From: Octopus sinensis | Lineage: Eukaryota | Assembly (NCBI RefSeq): GCF_006345805.1 | Contig: NC_043007.1 | Location: 17,670,001 to 17,734,000, forward strand | Reading direction: 5' to 3' | Length of the DNA stretch: 64,000 nucleotides | Part shown: positions 1 through 13,764 of the stretch, piece by piece | Layout: each line of letters begins with the position of its first letter | Position numbering within the stretch: position 1 is the first letter of the stretch | Position numbers and translations under genes: made by a program | The notes under the pieces: model-generated | The model's input: only the letters and a program-made list of their open reading frames with translations | Told to the model about the DNA's origin: nothing | Databases searched by the model: none

Positions 1-3000
1 ATAGTCACATGTCTTTGCATGCGCTGGCACTTACTTAGACACACTTCTTTACACATGTGGGCATACAGATAGAAACATTTTTGCATATGTAAGCATACAC
101 ATATTTTCACTTCTTTGCATATGTGGGCATACACATAGATGCACTTCTTTGCATATGTAGGCACATACATAGTCACACTTCTTTGCATATGTGGGCATAC
201 ACATAGACACACTCCTTTGCATATGTAGGCACATACATAGTCACACTTCTTTGCATATGTGGGCATACACATAGACACACTTCTTTGCATATGTGGGCAT
301 ACACATAGACACACTTCTTTGCATATGTGGGCATACACATAGACACACTTCTTTGCATATGTAGGCATACACATAGACACACTTCTTTGCATATGTGGGC
401 ATACACATAGACACACTTCTTTGCATATGTGGGCATACACATACACACACTTCTTTGCATATGTGGGCATACACATAGACACACTTCTTTGCATATGTAG
501 GCATACACATAGACACACTTCTTTGCATATGTGGGCATACACATAGACACACTTCTTTGCATATGTGGCATACACATAGACACACTTCTTTGCATATGTG
601 GGCATACACATAGACACACTTCTTTGCATATGTGGGCATACACATAGACACACTTCTTTGCATATGTGGGCATACACATAGACAACACTTCTTTGCATAT
701 GTAGGCATACACATAGACACACTTCTTTGCATATGTAGGCACATACATAGTCACACTTCTTTGCATATGTGGGCATACACATAGACACACTCCTTTGCAT
801 ATGTAGGCACATACATAGTCACACTTCTTTGCATATGTGGGCATACACATAGACACACTTCTTTGCATATGTGGGCATACACATAGACACACTTCTTTGC
901 ATATGTAGACATACACATAGACACACTTCTTTGCATATGTGGGCATACACATAGACACACTTCTTTGCATATGTGGGCATACACATAGACACACTTCTTT
1001 GCATATGTGGGCATACACATAGACACACTTCTTTGCATATGTGGGCATACACATAGACACACTTCTTTGCATATGTGGGCATACACATAGACACACTTCT
1101 TTGCATATGTGGGCATACACATAGACACACTTCTTTGCATATGTAGGCATACACATAGACACACTTCTTTGCATATGTAGGCACATACATAGTCACACTT
1201 CTTTGCATATGTGGGCATACACATAGACACACTCCTTTGCATATGTAGGCACATACATAGTCACACTTCTTTGCATATGTGGGCATACACATAGACACAC
1301 TCCTTTGCATATGTAGGCACATACATAGTCACACTTCTTTGCATATGTGGGCATACACATAGACACACTTCTTTGCATATGTGGGCATACACATAGACAC
1401 ACTTCTTTGCATATGTAGGCATACACATAGACACACTTCTTTGCATATGTAGGCACATACATAGTCACACTTCTTTGCATATGTGGGCATACACATAGAC
1501 ACACTTCTTTGCATATGTAGGCACATACATAGTCACACTTCTTTGCATATGTGGGCATACACATAGACACACTTCTTTGCATATGTAGGCATACACATAC
1601 ACACACTTCTTTGCATATGTGGGCATACACATAGACACACTTCTTTGCATATGTGGGCATACACATAGACACACTTCTTTGCATATGTGGGCATACACAT
1701 AGACACACTTCTTTGCATATGTAGGCATACACATAGACACACTTCTTTGCATATGTAGGCACATACATAGTCACACTTCTTTGCATATGTGGGCATACAC
1801 ATAGACACACTTCTTTGCATATGTGGGCATACACATAGACACACTTCTTTGCATATGTGGGCATACACATAGACACACTTCTTTGCATATGTAGGCACAT
1901 ACATAGTCACACTTCTTTGCATATGTGGGCATACACATAGACACACTTCTTTGCATATGTGGGCATACACATAGACACACTCCTTTGCATATGTAGGCAC
2001 ATACATAGTCACACTTCTTTGCATATGTGGGCATACACATAGACACACTTCTTTGCATATGTGGGCATACACATAGACACACTTCTTTGCATATGTAGGC
2101 ATACACATAGACACACTTCTTTGCATATGTAGGCACATACATAGTCACACTTCTTTGCATATGTGGGCATACACATAGACACACTTCTTTGCATATGTAG
2201 GCACATACATAGTCACACTTCTTTGCATATGTATGCATACACATAGACACACTTCTTTGCATATGTAGGCACATACAGTCACACTTCTTTGCATATGTAG
2301 ACACATACAGTCACACTTCTTTGCATATGTAGGCACATACAGTCACACTTCTTTGCATATGTAGGCACATACAGTCACACTTCTTTGCATATGTAGGCAC
2401 GTACATAGACACACTTCTTTGCATATGTGGGCATACACATAGACACACTTCTTTGCATATGTAGGCACGTACATAGACACACTTCTTTGCATATGTGGGC
2501 ATACACATAGACACACTTCTTTGCATATGTGGGCATACACATAGACACACTTCTTTGCATATGTGGGCATACACATAGACACACTTCTTTGCACATGTGG
2601 GCACACACATAGACACACTTTTTTGCATATGTATGCATACACATAGACACACTTCTTTGCATATGTAGGCACATACAGTCACACTTCTTTGCATATGTAG
2701 ACACATACAGTCACACTTCTTTGCATATGTAGGCACATACAGTCACACTTCTTTGCATATGTAGGCACATACAGTCACACTTCTTTGCATATGTAGGCAC
2801 GTACATAGACACACTTCTTTGCATATGTGGGCATACACATAGACACACTTCTTTGCATATGTGGGCATACACATAGACACACTTCTTTGCACATGTGGGC
2901 ATACACATAGACACACTTCTTTGCATATGTGGGCATACACATAGACACACTTCTTTGCATATGTGGGCATACACATAGACACACTTCTTTGCATATGTAG

Positions 3001-3650
3001 GCATACACATAGACACACTCCTTTGCATATGTAGGCACATACATAGTCACACTTCTTTGCATATGTGGGCATACACATAGACACACTTCTTTGCATATGT
3101 AGGCATACACATAGACACACTTCTTTGCATATGTAGGCACATACATAGTCACACTTCTTTGCATATGTAGGCACATACATAGTCACACTTCTTTGCATAT
3201 GTGGGCATACACATAGACACACTTCTTTGCACATGTGGGCACACACATAGACACACTTTTTTGCATATGTATGCATACACATAGACACACTTCTTTGCAT
3301 ATGTAGGCACATACAGTCACACTTCTTTGCATATGTAGACACATACAGTCACACTTCTTTGCATATGTAGGCACATACAGTCACACTTCTTTGCATATGT
3401 AGGCACATACAGTCACACTTCTTTGCATATGTAGGCACGTACATAGACACACTTCTTTGCATATGTGGGCATACACATAGACACACTTCTTTGCATATGT
3501 GGGCATACACATAGACACACTTTTTTGCATATGTATGCATACAAATAGAGACACTTCTTTGCATATGTGGGCACATACATACATAAATACACACACTTTG
3601 CATATGTACTTACTACTTTTCATGCACAGGCACATGCATACCTACACACC
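1..3650. repeat. Minisatellite array, 34-bp unit (ACACTTCTTTGCATATGTGGGCATACACATAGAC) with 34- and 32-bp variants, roughly 105 units
   Basis: Direct tandem repetition. Variants are ...GTAGGCACATACATAGTC (34 bp) and ...GTAGGCACATACAGTC (32 bp). Units are degenerate at both edges and decay into (TACA)n/(CA)n near 3660-3690. Confidence 0.97.
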
Positions 3651-3924
3651 TTGAACCCGTAGGTACATACATACATACACACACACACACACTCCTTGCT
3701 TGTGCACATGTATGCTTAAACACTCCACTCACATGCATGCAAGTGCACAATCTGCAATTCAGAAACATTTCTCAAGTCTTGCTCAAGTTAGTGTTTGTCT
3801 TCACTGTCATATCACACATAGGCTAGTGTTGTTAAGATTTAGCCCCGGGTCAACTTTGATTGAGTAGTCCTATGATCATCAAAGGCATTGTAGATTTTTA
3901 TTCAGACTCAGTGTATCTAGGTCT

Positions 3925-4091
3925 ATCATCATCATCATCGTTTAACGTCTGCTTTCCATGCTAGCATGGGTTGGACGATTTGACTGAGGACTGGCGAACC
4001 AGATGGCTGCACCAGGCTCCAAACTGATCTGGCAGAGTTTCTACAGCTGGATACCCTTCCTAATGCCAACCACTCTGAGAGTGTAGTGGGT
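3925..4091 (-). mobile_element. SINE family 3 (RTE-type tail ending in (GAT)n), 3' part
   Basis: Shares GGCATTAGGAAGGGCATCCAGCTGTAGAAAC...CATGGAAAGCGGACGTTAAACGATGATG with copies at ~16520-16737(+), 34895-35097(+), 38904-39048(-), 45275-45590(-) and 51715-51988(+). Confidence 0.8.
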
Positions 4092-4883
4092 GGTTCATGA
4101 TTGTAAGGTCGTGAGTTCAATTCCCGGCAATGCGTTGTGTCCTTGAGCAAGACACTTTATTTCATGTTGCTCCAGTCCACTCAGCTGGCAAAAATGAGTT
4201 GTACCTGTATTTCAAAGGGCCAGCCCTGTCACACTCTGTGTCACGCTGAATCTCCCTGTGAACTACGTTAGGGGTACACGTGTCTGTGGATTGCTCAGTC
4301 ACTTGTACATTAATTTAATGAGCATGTTGTTCCGTTGATTGTATCAGCTGGGACCCTCTTCGTCATAACCAACAGAGTGCTCTTAATTACTATAATATTA
4401 GTGATTTTAAAGTAGGTGACACATTGTCTCTGTGTGTTGTTAGAGGCATCTAGAAAAGTTTGTGACACGAAGAACATCAGCTGTTAAACGCTGTCTCAGA
4501 AAACCCTTCCAACCACAATGAAAAGCAGATGATGGCAACGATGATGATGGTGCTAACAATAATACCACCCTATTGATACTGTAAGAATTATTGCTCAGCA
4601 GTTAGCCTTGTACTATTATGTCAACAAGTTTGTGCCTAGACACACATTTGTTTATATTTTAATAAATAATTTATAATACTACCATTCGCAGTTTGCACGG
4701 AGAAGGAGGAGGAGTGGATAAATCTTGATGAATTGTTAAACGACCATGGGATTGTTTTGACCCTCAACCCTACCTGCCAAAAAACCCCTTCTGGATATAA
4801 TTTTATTTTGCACCAAGGCTAAATAGATAAGGATACAAGTCTGATTGACATAGCAGTTTTAATTGTCTGTACATCAGATACAA

Positions 4884-5440
4884 GCATGGCTGTGTGGTTA
4901 AGAAGCCTGCTTTGCTACCACATAGTTTTGGGTTCTGTCCCACTGTGCATCACTTAGGGTGTCTTTTACTATAGCTCTGAGCTGATCAATGTCTTTGTAA
5001 ATGAATTTGGTTGACAGAAACTGTGGAAGCCTGTTGTGCCTAAGTATATATTTGTGTGTGTGTGCTGTGTTGATTTATGTTCTCGTAACTTAGCAATTTG
5101 GCAATAGAGACTGATAGAATAACTACCAGACTTTTACCTCGTTTTCAGCTCTACAAAACGAGGTAATTTCTACTCTTCTCCTCTGGAAGTCATTTGCTCG
5201 CGATACCAGAGGGTGCACACTCTCCTATCCTGATGTAATCTCCAGGGATACAGGCATCCAGCGACGGGACCTCCGTAATGGTATGATGGACCATGAAGTC
5301 TGGTGTAACATAAATTCCATTGTCTCGACCACGGTTGAACAATGAATGAAATGACCAGACTTTTAAAAAAAGTAAATAAATACTGGGGTCAGTTTGTTAG
5401 ATGAAAACCCTTCAAGATGATGACCCAGCATGGGGCACTG
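4884..5440 (+). mobile_element. SINE family 2 copy interrupted by an RTE LINE fragment
   Basis: Head GCATGGCTGTGTGGTTAAGAAGC...GGGTTCTGTCCCACTG. The body resumes after 5353. Confidence 0.75.
5137..5353 (+). mobile_element. 5'-truncated RTE-clade LINE (ORF2 C-terminus) with (ATGA)n tail
   Basis: Translates to ...NEVISTLLLWKSFARDTRGCTLSYPDVISRDTGIQRRDLRNGMMDHEVW...VEQ*. Flanked by a 12-bp TSD ACCAGACTTTTA at 5125-5136 and 5354-5365. Confidence 0.8.
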
Positions 5441-5862
5441 CTTTGAAAGGTTTCACTGTTGTCTTGTTCCAGGTCAACTCTGACTGAGCAGACCTGTTAT
5501 CGAAGTTGTTGCTGCTGGAATCTTCCCATCTATCTAGGAGCATGTTCAGGATTGCATTGTCAAATATGTCCTATCTTTAAGACACTCTCCTTTCATGCTC
5601 ACATGACCATACTTACCCGATCATGTGACTTATATATTCACCTTCCTGTAACTCCTCTTCCTCATCATCTTCTTTCTTTTCCAATTGGAGTAGTCATGTA
5701 TCTTCTTAGTGGAAGACACTTGTTTCTGTCTCCCTATCATACTTCAGCCATGACCTGCCATAAAGCCACTTCTCTCCACTCAGTTTAGGGGTGGTCTTGC
5801 AAGTTGCTTGGAGACCTTAATAGTACCAGTGTCACATAAAAAGCACCCAGTACACTCTATAA

Positions 5863-6083
5863 CCCTTTAGTATTCAGATTACTCTGTTAAATGTAATATT
5901 TTTTTACTCAAATTATTTTGAATTAATCAAGCATTATCTTATAGCTTTGAGGTTTCAATGATGTGAATGTTTATTTTTAGAATGTCAATGTAGGTTAGGT
6001 GTGAGAGGCTAGATATGGCTAGTTTGAATATAAAACATGTAGAAAATCTGGGCCAGATATGGCCGGTTTAAACACGAAAAGGA
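5863..6083 (+). mobile_element. piggyBac-type MITE family B inserted in a SINE remnant
   Basis: Collinear with 50698-50918. Ends are degenerate (CCCTTTAG...AAAAGGA). Confidence 0.7.
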
Positions 6084-6203
6084 TAAAGTGGTTGACATTA
6101 GGAAGGGCATCCAGCCATAGAAACATGCCAGAGCAGATGTTGGAGTTTTCCATTGCCAGGATGGAAAACACATTAAATGATGATTAGGTATGATTTTTGC
6201 TGG

Positions 6204-6507
6204 TGAAGGCGCATGGCTTAGAGGTTAGGGAATTCAGCTCACAATTGTAAGGCCATGTGTTTGATTCCCAGTGGTATGTTGTATCCTTGATACAATTATT
6301 TCACATTGCTCCAGATCACACAGCTGGCAAGAATGAATGGCACCTGTATTTCAAAGGGCTGGCCTGTCACATTCTTTGTCATGCTGAATCTCTCTGAGAA
6401 TTACATTAAGGGTGTGTGTGTCAGCCCCTTACACACTAATTTCATGAGCAGGTTGTTTCATTCACCGAATCAACTGGAGCCCTTGTTGTCATGACCGACA
6501 GAGTGCA
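6204..6507 (+). mobile_element. tRNA-headed SINE with CORE-like segment (family 4b); second, head-truncated copy at ~4098-4381
   Basis: A-box TGGCTTAGAGGTT and a degenerate B-box GTTTGATTCC. The GTGTCCTTGAGCAAGACACTT...CACTCAGCTGGCAAAAATGAGT segment is clearest in the 4098 copy. The two copies are collinear. Confidence 0.75.
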
Positions 6508-6611
6508 AGTTTATAGTTTCGCTGCTATTTCTAGCTTATAGGCTCACTTGTTGACTAGTCTATTGTGTCTGAGGGTATTGTATATCAGTTAGCATGTCTG
6601 AATATACTCTC

Positions 6612-7020
6612 TCTTTACTCTTTCACTTGTTTCAGTCATTTGACTGTGGCCATGCTGGAGCACCGCCTTTTTTTAGTCGAGCAAATCGACCCCACGACTT
6701 ATTCTTTGTAAGCTTAGTACTTATTCTATCGGTCTCTTTTGCCAAACCGCTAAGTCATGGGGACGTAAACACACCATCATTGGTTGTCAAGCGATGTTGG
6801 GGGGACAAACACAAACATACAAACACACACACAGTTATATATACATATACGTATATACGACGGGCTTCTTTTAGTTTCCGTCTACCAAATCTACTCACAA
6901 GGCTTTGGTAAGCCTGAAGCTATAGTAGTAGACATTTGCCCAAGGTGCCATGCAGTGGGACTGAACCCAGAACCATGTGGTTGGTAAGCAAGCTACTTAC
7001 CACACAGCCACTCCTCTGCC
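6612..7020 (-). mobile_element. SINE family 2, full length (tRNA-like head, central (CA/TA)n, tail ...GACTGAAACAAGT)
   Basis: Most abundant family here. Near full-length copies also at ~13030-13365(+), 15255-15657(-), 17752-18107(-), 28215-28590(-), 35397-35820(-), 48052-48375(-) and 63420-63808(-), plus many partial copies. Confidence 0.85.
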
Positions 7021-9063
7021 TATCAATATAGCACTATCACTTGTGTTTTACTTTTGTGCTACAATAGTAAGACACCCTCCTTACAGTAGTAAGGAGGGCA
7101 TCTTGCTGTGAAAACACTTATATGCAAGGACTAAGATTTACAAAATAAACACCCCCTCCCTGCACTGCACTTAAGTGACTTGGTACGGGACAAAGCAGTT
7201 TGAAATAGCAACCTTTATTATTTCTGTTTTAGGTTAATTTATTATGATTTAGTGTTAATTGTAGCTGAATTAGTAGAGATAAACTGTTTACTTTATGACA
7301 GCTGAAATCTTTCCTCCTGTTATCACTTCCTCTTCCTTTCTTCTGAAGGTGATGAAATAAGTACTTCTTGTTTAACCCTGGGTCTGCTCTGATTGACCAG
7401 ACCTATGATCAAAGACCTGCCAAGCCATAACCATTGCAACTTTTGGTTTCCTGAAGGAATTTTGAACAAGGACCACATTATTCAGTCTGTACCCCCACCA
7501 GCACCTTTAAAATTTGATTTGAAGGAAATCCAGCTGCTGTTTCTAGCAGGCTTGGTTACCACATAGAAGCTCCCTCTTTGGCTCAAATGAGTACCAATAG
7601 TACACCATGATGGTCTTGCATGATAAGAATGAAAAAAAAACAAACAAAAAAAGATATTTGATATTATAGTTGTAAAGTTTGATGTTGTTTAAATCCAGCT
7701 CCACCTCCTGATCTAGGTAACCTATGATATAAGGCATTCCACCTTTGACCATCCTGTCTATTTTTCAGACTTGGTGTACATAGGGTGACGTTATCCAATA
7801 TGTCCTTCTTTGTTTTCTAATAGTAATAATGGGTCCTCATTTAATTTATTAAAATAAAATTTGAAGATGTAGATATTAAATACTTTGGGGAGTGGGCGGG
7901 TGGAAGCAATTTAGACAGCAATAATAATGCATTCTTATATTCTTCGAAACCATTTTCTTATATAGAAAAAAAAAAGCCCAACAACAATAATAAAGATTTC
8001 TAACTTTGGTATAGTAGAATTCTGTTTCCACTATTGTAATAAAGCAAAGCATTTCATTGCCATCTTCTAAACTGGAAATGACTAGCTTAAGACCAGTGGT
8101 TCTTAATTGAGGTCCATATGGCCCTTGATGGAGTCTATATGGCCATTGATGGGGTCCATCTAAGATTTTGTCAAAATTTGTCTGCAATAAGTTGGTTTAT
8201 ACTTCTACAGTACACAAAATATTTTTATACAGTTCCAAATAATATTTAATTATAAAAATATCATTGTTTTTTTTTTTTCCACATGAAATGGCTAGGAAGG
8301 TCTATCCAAATAAAATAGTCAAAGGAATCCTTAAATAATAAGAAAAATGGTTGAGAAACACTGGTTTAGACTGAAGGTTTCAATAAGACTTTTGTAATGA
8401 AAGTGTTTTCCCTTTGGTATTATTTATACTATTAAATACTTGTAAAATACATCCGTGCGAATATTTGTTTTAAAAAATTATAATTTTTTAAAGATTTTTA
8501 GAAAATCAGCAAAAATAGGTCAGCATGAACAAAAAATGAAACTGTAATATTCTTTTCTATTCTAGACACAAGGCCCAAAATTTTAGGGGAGGGGGCCAGT
8601 CAATTAAATTGACCTCAGTACAAAACTGGTACTTAATTTATCGACCTCGAAAGGATGAAAGGCAAAGTCGACTTCAGCAGAATGAAACTGTAATATTGTT
8701 GGTTTTAATCATTCTTAGTATTGTTAGGTATCTTTATTTTTTTTTTTATCAGACCATGGAAAGGTGAATGGCAAATTTTGAGTTTAGTGAAATTTGAAAT
8801 CAGAATGTAGTGGAAACCTAACTAAATATTACAAGACATTTCAGCTTTTTATGTCTCCTCTTTAACACATAACAACAACAACAACAGCAGCAACAACAAA
8901 GATATATCCTGTCAGTGGGAACATTGGTCTACAGATCAAAAGAATGATAGGTTGCAGACAGAAAAGGTGTATAAGATAAAAAAGCTGCGTAAGATAAAAA
9001 ACAATGTGAGGTAACTGTGTTCTTGGGGCATAAATGCTAAAGGAAGTGCGGTCTAGGGGATGC

Positions 9064-9070
9064 AAACACG

Positions 9071-9121
<51 letters not shown>
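9064..9121. repeat. (CA)n microsatellite; others include (GA)n ~20988-21038, (TA)n ~37640-37720 and (TG)n/(TA)n ~28593-28650
   Basis: Direct inspection. Confidence 0.95.
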
Positions 9122-9124
<3 letters not shown>

Positions 9125-10262
9125 TGATGTGTGTGTTTACTTGCATATAGATATGTGTGTGAATGTGAGTATATATGTATTTGTGTGTGAAGAGGGAATA
9201 TTAAATTGTGATATAAGAAGAGAGGGGATGGTGAAAGAAGAGGCTGTTTCAAAGGGACCAGGCAAGCTGGGGCTGCATTTTAAAAGGAGGGGTCTCAGTG
9301 CCATCACTGGAGGGTGCTGCTGTACATCTTAAGCTCTGTAATGCCGGATGTAGTTTAGAAGGCTAAATATAACTGATGCATGTATTGCATATTTCATTAA
9401 TTGTAAAACAACTGACAAAAAATGTGTCTTCGTGGCAGGGGTCGGCTAGATTGCATTTTTTTTTTTTTTGGTGAGGTTAATAAATGATTAAATGATGTAG
9501 TTTTGATTGTGGAGCGGGTGGGAAGGGATAGACCGAGGCTTTGTTTTTGAATCTTTTGATGTCGACAAGAGTATAGCATTGTAAAACTGATGCAAAGATA
9601 ACTTGAGTTTCATAAAACTTTAGTAGAGATATAGAGATACAGTCTTTTGAATAGACCAAGGAGCAAATTCCAATGTATTCCAAGTGTGACAATTCCTGTC
9701 CCCTGCTCCCACTTTTTTTTAAGGTTTGTGTATGATTACATTATCTAATGGATGTTAAGGCGGCAAGCTGGCAGGATTGTTAGCATGCTGGGCAAAATGC
9801 TTAGCAGTATTTTGTCTGTCTTCATGTTCTGAGTTCAAATTCTGCTGGGGTCAATAAATTAAATACCTGTGAAACACTGGAGTCGATGTAATCAACTGGT
9901 CCCCTCCCCCAAATTCCAGGCCTTGTACCTATAGTAGAAAGAATTATTTAATGGATGTAAGATGGTGAGCTGGGAGAATTGTTAGCTATCAAACTGCTTA
10001 GCTGTTTTGCTTGTAGCTCTTCATAGACCGAGTTCAAATGCTGCCTAGGTCAACTTTTCTTCCATACTTTCAGGGTCAGAAAATAAGTACCAGTTAAGCA
10101 CAGGGGTCAATGTAATCAACTTACACGCTCCCCTAAAAAATTGTTGGCCTTGTGCTGCTATTTCTCTTTAATGTTGAATGAAGACCTAAGAGATTCCTTC
10201 ACTAGATCGGTAGCATAGAACAATGTCCATACCGAAGTTTGAATACGAGCCTATGTACTTAA

Positions 10263-10482
10263 CCCTTTTGTTATCAGCCCGCCTGACACCGGCTCTGGCT
10301 CTGAGTACAAATGTCTTGTTTTCATAAGTTTTCAATTAAAATCTTCCACCAAACCTTAGTCCCAATTTACGTTCCTAACACTAGCTGAATGATAACTAAG
10401 TTATTTTACTAAATTCTTCGTTATATTTAAAGAAATTGAAAGAAACACAGAACATCTCAAAATAAATACAGTAACTAAAGGG
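10263..10482 (+). mobile_element. piggyBac-type MITE family A (220 bp)
   Basis: TTAA|CCCTTTTGTTA...TAACTAAAGGG|TTAA. TTAA target duplication plus CCC/GGG termini is the established piggyBac signature. Confidence 0.85.
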
Positions 10483-10972
10483 TTAAATATCGGTCACTAT
10501 CCATGATTGAATATGATACATTTAACTGCTATTGGACATCTCAATGTTTTGGGTTCAAATCTTGCTCATTCTTCTTTGTTTTCATGAAGCAACTTTCAAC
10601 ATAGTATTCATTATCTCTGCAGCCTAATCGGGCTGTAATTGATTCGATAATTTTGGGAAATGCTGCAGACACTCAAACTTTAATCAAGCGTGTGATTACA
10701 ACTTGTCTTACAAGTCTTCTTGTTTAAACTAAAACAGCAGAACCCCCCCCCCCGAAAACTAGTGATGTGGTAGGGTCAGGAGGGGGATCTTCATCAGTGG
10801 GATAATAAGTGCAAAAAGTTCACAAAGTGCATTTAATTATTTTGCCTTGTGGTATAGAGAAATCTAAAGTTTCAGGTAGGATCTGTCTTTGGAGAAACAA
10901 AACTATCTGTTACTACCACCATTATAATGATGGCAGCAACACCACCACCATAATGATGGCAGCAACACCACC

Positions 10973-11003
<31 letters not shown>

Positions 11004-11731
11004 GCAGCAGCAACAACTACACTTGTTCTGTTTTAGTTTTCATATTTACATGTAACTGACACTGATGATATTCAGTGCAATGTTCCTAATGTTTGGTTTG
11101 TTGATAAACACAAAATGTTGATTATACATGATATGAGCCACAGAGCAGCACCTGGCAGCCCAGCTTACAAGCGAGCTCTTTACTTATTGTTCTTCTCTCC
11201 CTTCCTCTTTTTCTTTCTCCCTCTCTGGATGCACACATGCTCAGTAAATTTGAAACGAAATCAATATTAATCCAGCTCTATCGTTTTTGAAATCCTGCTG
11301 GTTCTTTCATGTTATTTCGGGATTGAATATACTTTTTAAAGTTGTATAAAGTGAACTTTGCATTTTCCCACTCGTGTTAAAGCAATTATGATTTTAGCAG
11401 TATATATACACTACCTGATAAATGATCATCCATGTGGACTCAGTTGATTGATAAGATAAAGCTATACATTTTCAATGTATGTATATATTTATAGCAAGAG
11501 GTGCAAAAATGATTTTTTTTTTGCTGCTTCGTTAATGTTGGTTAACCACAGGTCAACTGTAATCCGACAAATCTATGATAAAGATATTGCAGCTGTTTCT
11601 TTGCATTTTTTTTTTGTTTACCTTAATGTGTTTACCTTGGTGTGTTATTTTTATTCTTACCTATAGTGTATCTATGATTAGGCGATCCAATTTGTGGTTC
11701 CTTTTTCTTAAGATAGTAAGGTGTTATTTAA

Positions 11732-11953
11732 CCCTTTCGTTACCTTATTTCTGTTGAGATGCTCTGTGTTTCTTTTAATTAATTTTAAATATAATAAAGA
11801 ATTTAGTAAAATAATTTAGTTATTATTAAGCTAGTGTTAGGAACACAAATTGTGACTAAGGTTTGGTGGAAGATTTTTATTCAGAACTTTTGAAAACAAG
11901 ACATTTGTACTACAGAGCCAGACGCGGTTTCAGGCGGGTTGGTATCAAAAGGT
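11732..11953 (-). mobile_element. piggyBac-type MITE family A, reverse orientation
   Basis: TTAA|CCCTTTCGTTAC...; reverse complement of the 10263-10482 element. Confidence 0.82.
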
Positions 11954-13436
11954 TTAAAGGATATTTAACCATTATTTCTGGCATGTTTGGCAACATAAAC
12001 TTCCTTGTTGGCTTGTTTAAGTAAAAGCTCCTCTTAGTTTTCATTGAGCTGTTAACATTTCAGTGTTTAAATCATCCTCAACAGCATCACCATTTAATGT
12101 CTGTTTTCCATGCTGGCATGGATTGGGCAGTTTAATAGGTGTACATCTGTCTGTTTGTCTGTGTGCATGTACCACCTGGCATATAACCATCTCTTTCAAT
12201 ATGTTATCTACACAACCTGTTTTTTGTTTTACTTCGCTCCAGTTTATGACAGCTACATCTTCACATAAGGTGGTGTGCTGGCAGAATCGTTAGGGTGCCA
12301 GGCGAAATGCTTAGCAGTATTTCGTCTACCGCTATGTTCTGAGTTCAAATTCCGCCGAGGTTGACTTTGCCTTTCATCCTTTCGGGGTCGATTAAATAAG
12401 TACCAGTTACGGACTGGGGTCAATATAATTGACTTAATCTGTTTGTCTGGCCTTGCTTGTCCTCTCTGTGTTTAGCCCCTTGTGGGTAGTAAAGAAATAG
12501 GTACATCTTCACATATTTTGTAACTTTTTTTGTAAAACTTGTTTTGTATGTAATGGCAGATTCCTGAGAGAATTGGACAAAAGGAATTGTATTTTTTGTA
12601 TTCTTTGTTTTAGATTAAAATTCTGCTGTGGTCATCTTTGTCTTTCAACCATCTTGGGTGGTAGGGAGGGGTGATAAGTATTGGGTGGTAGGGAGGGGTG
12701 ATAACTATTGGAATGAGTCAATATAATAGACTCTTCTTTTCTCCTAAACCTTGAGGCGTTGTGCCAATCTGTGAAAGGCAGCAAGCTGGTAGAATCAATG
12801 TCGCACTGACAAAATGCTTTGCAACATTTCTTTCAGCTCTTTATGTCCAGAGTTCAAATGCAACTGAAGTTAGCTTTGCCTTTCAACCTTTCGGGTTTGA
12901 TGAAATAAGTACCAGTTGTGCAGTGGCGTTCGATGTAATCAACTTCCCTCTCCCTTCAAAATTGTTGGCACACGGCCAGTAAAAAATTAGAACGGAAAAG
13001 AAATTAGAATCTAAAAAAGTAAAAAATTATTGTTTGGGTTTAGTCCCACTGCGTGGCTCCTTGGGCAAGTGTCTTCTACTATAGCCCCGGGCCGACCAAA
13101 GTCTTGTGAGTGGATTTGGTAGACGGAAACTGAAAGAAACCCATCTTATATGTATGTGTGTGTTTGTGTGTCTATGTTTGTGCAACAACATCACTTGACA
13201 ACCGATGCTGGTGTGTTTCCGCCCCTGTAACTTAGTGGTTTGGCAAAAGAGACCGATAGAATAAGTACTAGGCTTACAAAGAATAAGTCTTGGGGTCAAT
13301 TTGCTCAACTAAAGTTGGTGCTCCAGCATGGCCGCAGTCAGATGACTGAAACAAAAGAATAAAAGAATTGGGTAATTGTTGTATTTATTTAGGCTCTTTC
13401 CATTCTGAGCTCAAAATCCCTTCGAGGTCAACATCC

Positions 13437-13764
13437 CCAAATCAGAAAACAGCACAGCTCCCATGACTTTCGGAAACGTTTTTTTCACACTCAGAGTTGC
13501 TGAAGCATGGAACAAACTTCCTGCATCAGTTTTTAGTTGCCGAGACATTGCATCCTTTAAAACCTCCATGCTTCCTGAAATTCACCAACACTACGCCTGA
13601 CATCCCTTCCTCCATACGCATGCACACATGTATATCATGACTCATACATTGTTTACTATCCTGACTTTTGTACATAATTTCATGTACTGTACATGCACCT
13701 TTGATGAGTTGTAGTGCACCAGAGCACTATACAAAATAATTTCATTATTATTATTATTATTATT
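13437..13764 (+). mobile_element. CR1-clade LINE 3' end with 3'UTR and (ATT)n tail
   Basis: Translates to KIRKQHSSHDFRKRFF/TLRVAEAWNKLPASVFSCRDIASFKTSM...HYA* with one frameshift. The RxxxFFxxRVxxxWNxLP motif is typical of CR1 ORF2 C-termini. Confidence 0.85.

Noticed and set aside
130-3600. ATGCAAAG in every minisatellite unit (minus strand) as a POU octamer array
   Set aside because: One mismatch to ATGCAAAT, with no independent evidence of binding or function.
49-3635. About 20 overlapping Cys/Tyr/Val-rich ORFs on the minus strand
   Set aside because: Artefact of a nearly stop-free 34-bp repeat read in all three frames; no splice, codon or homology support.
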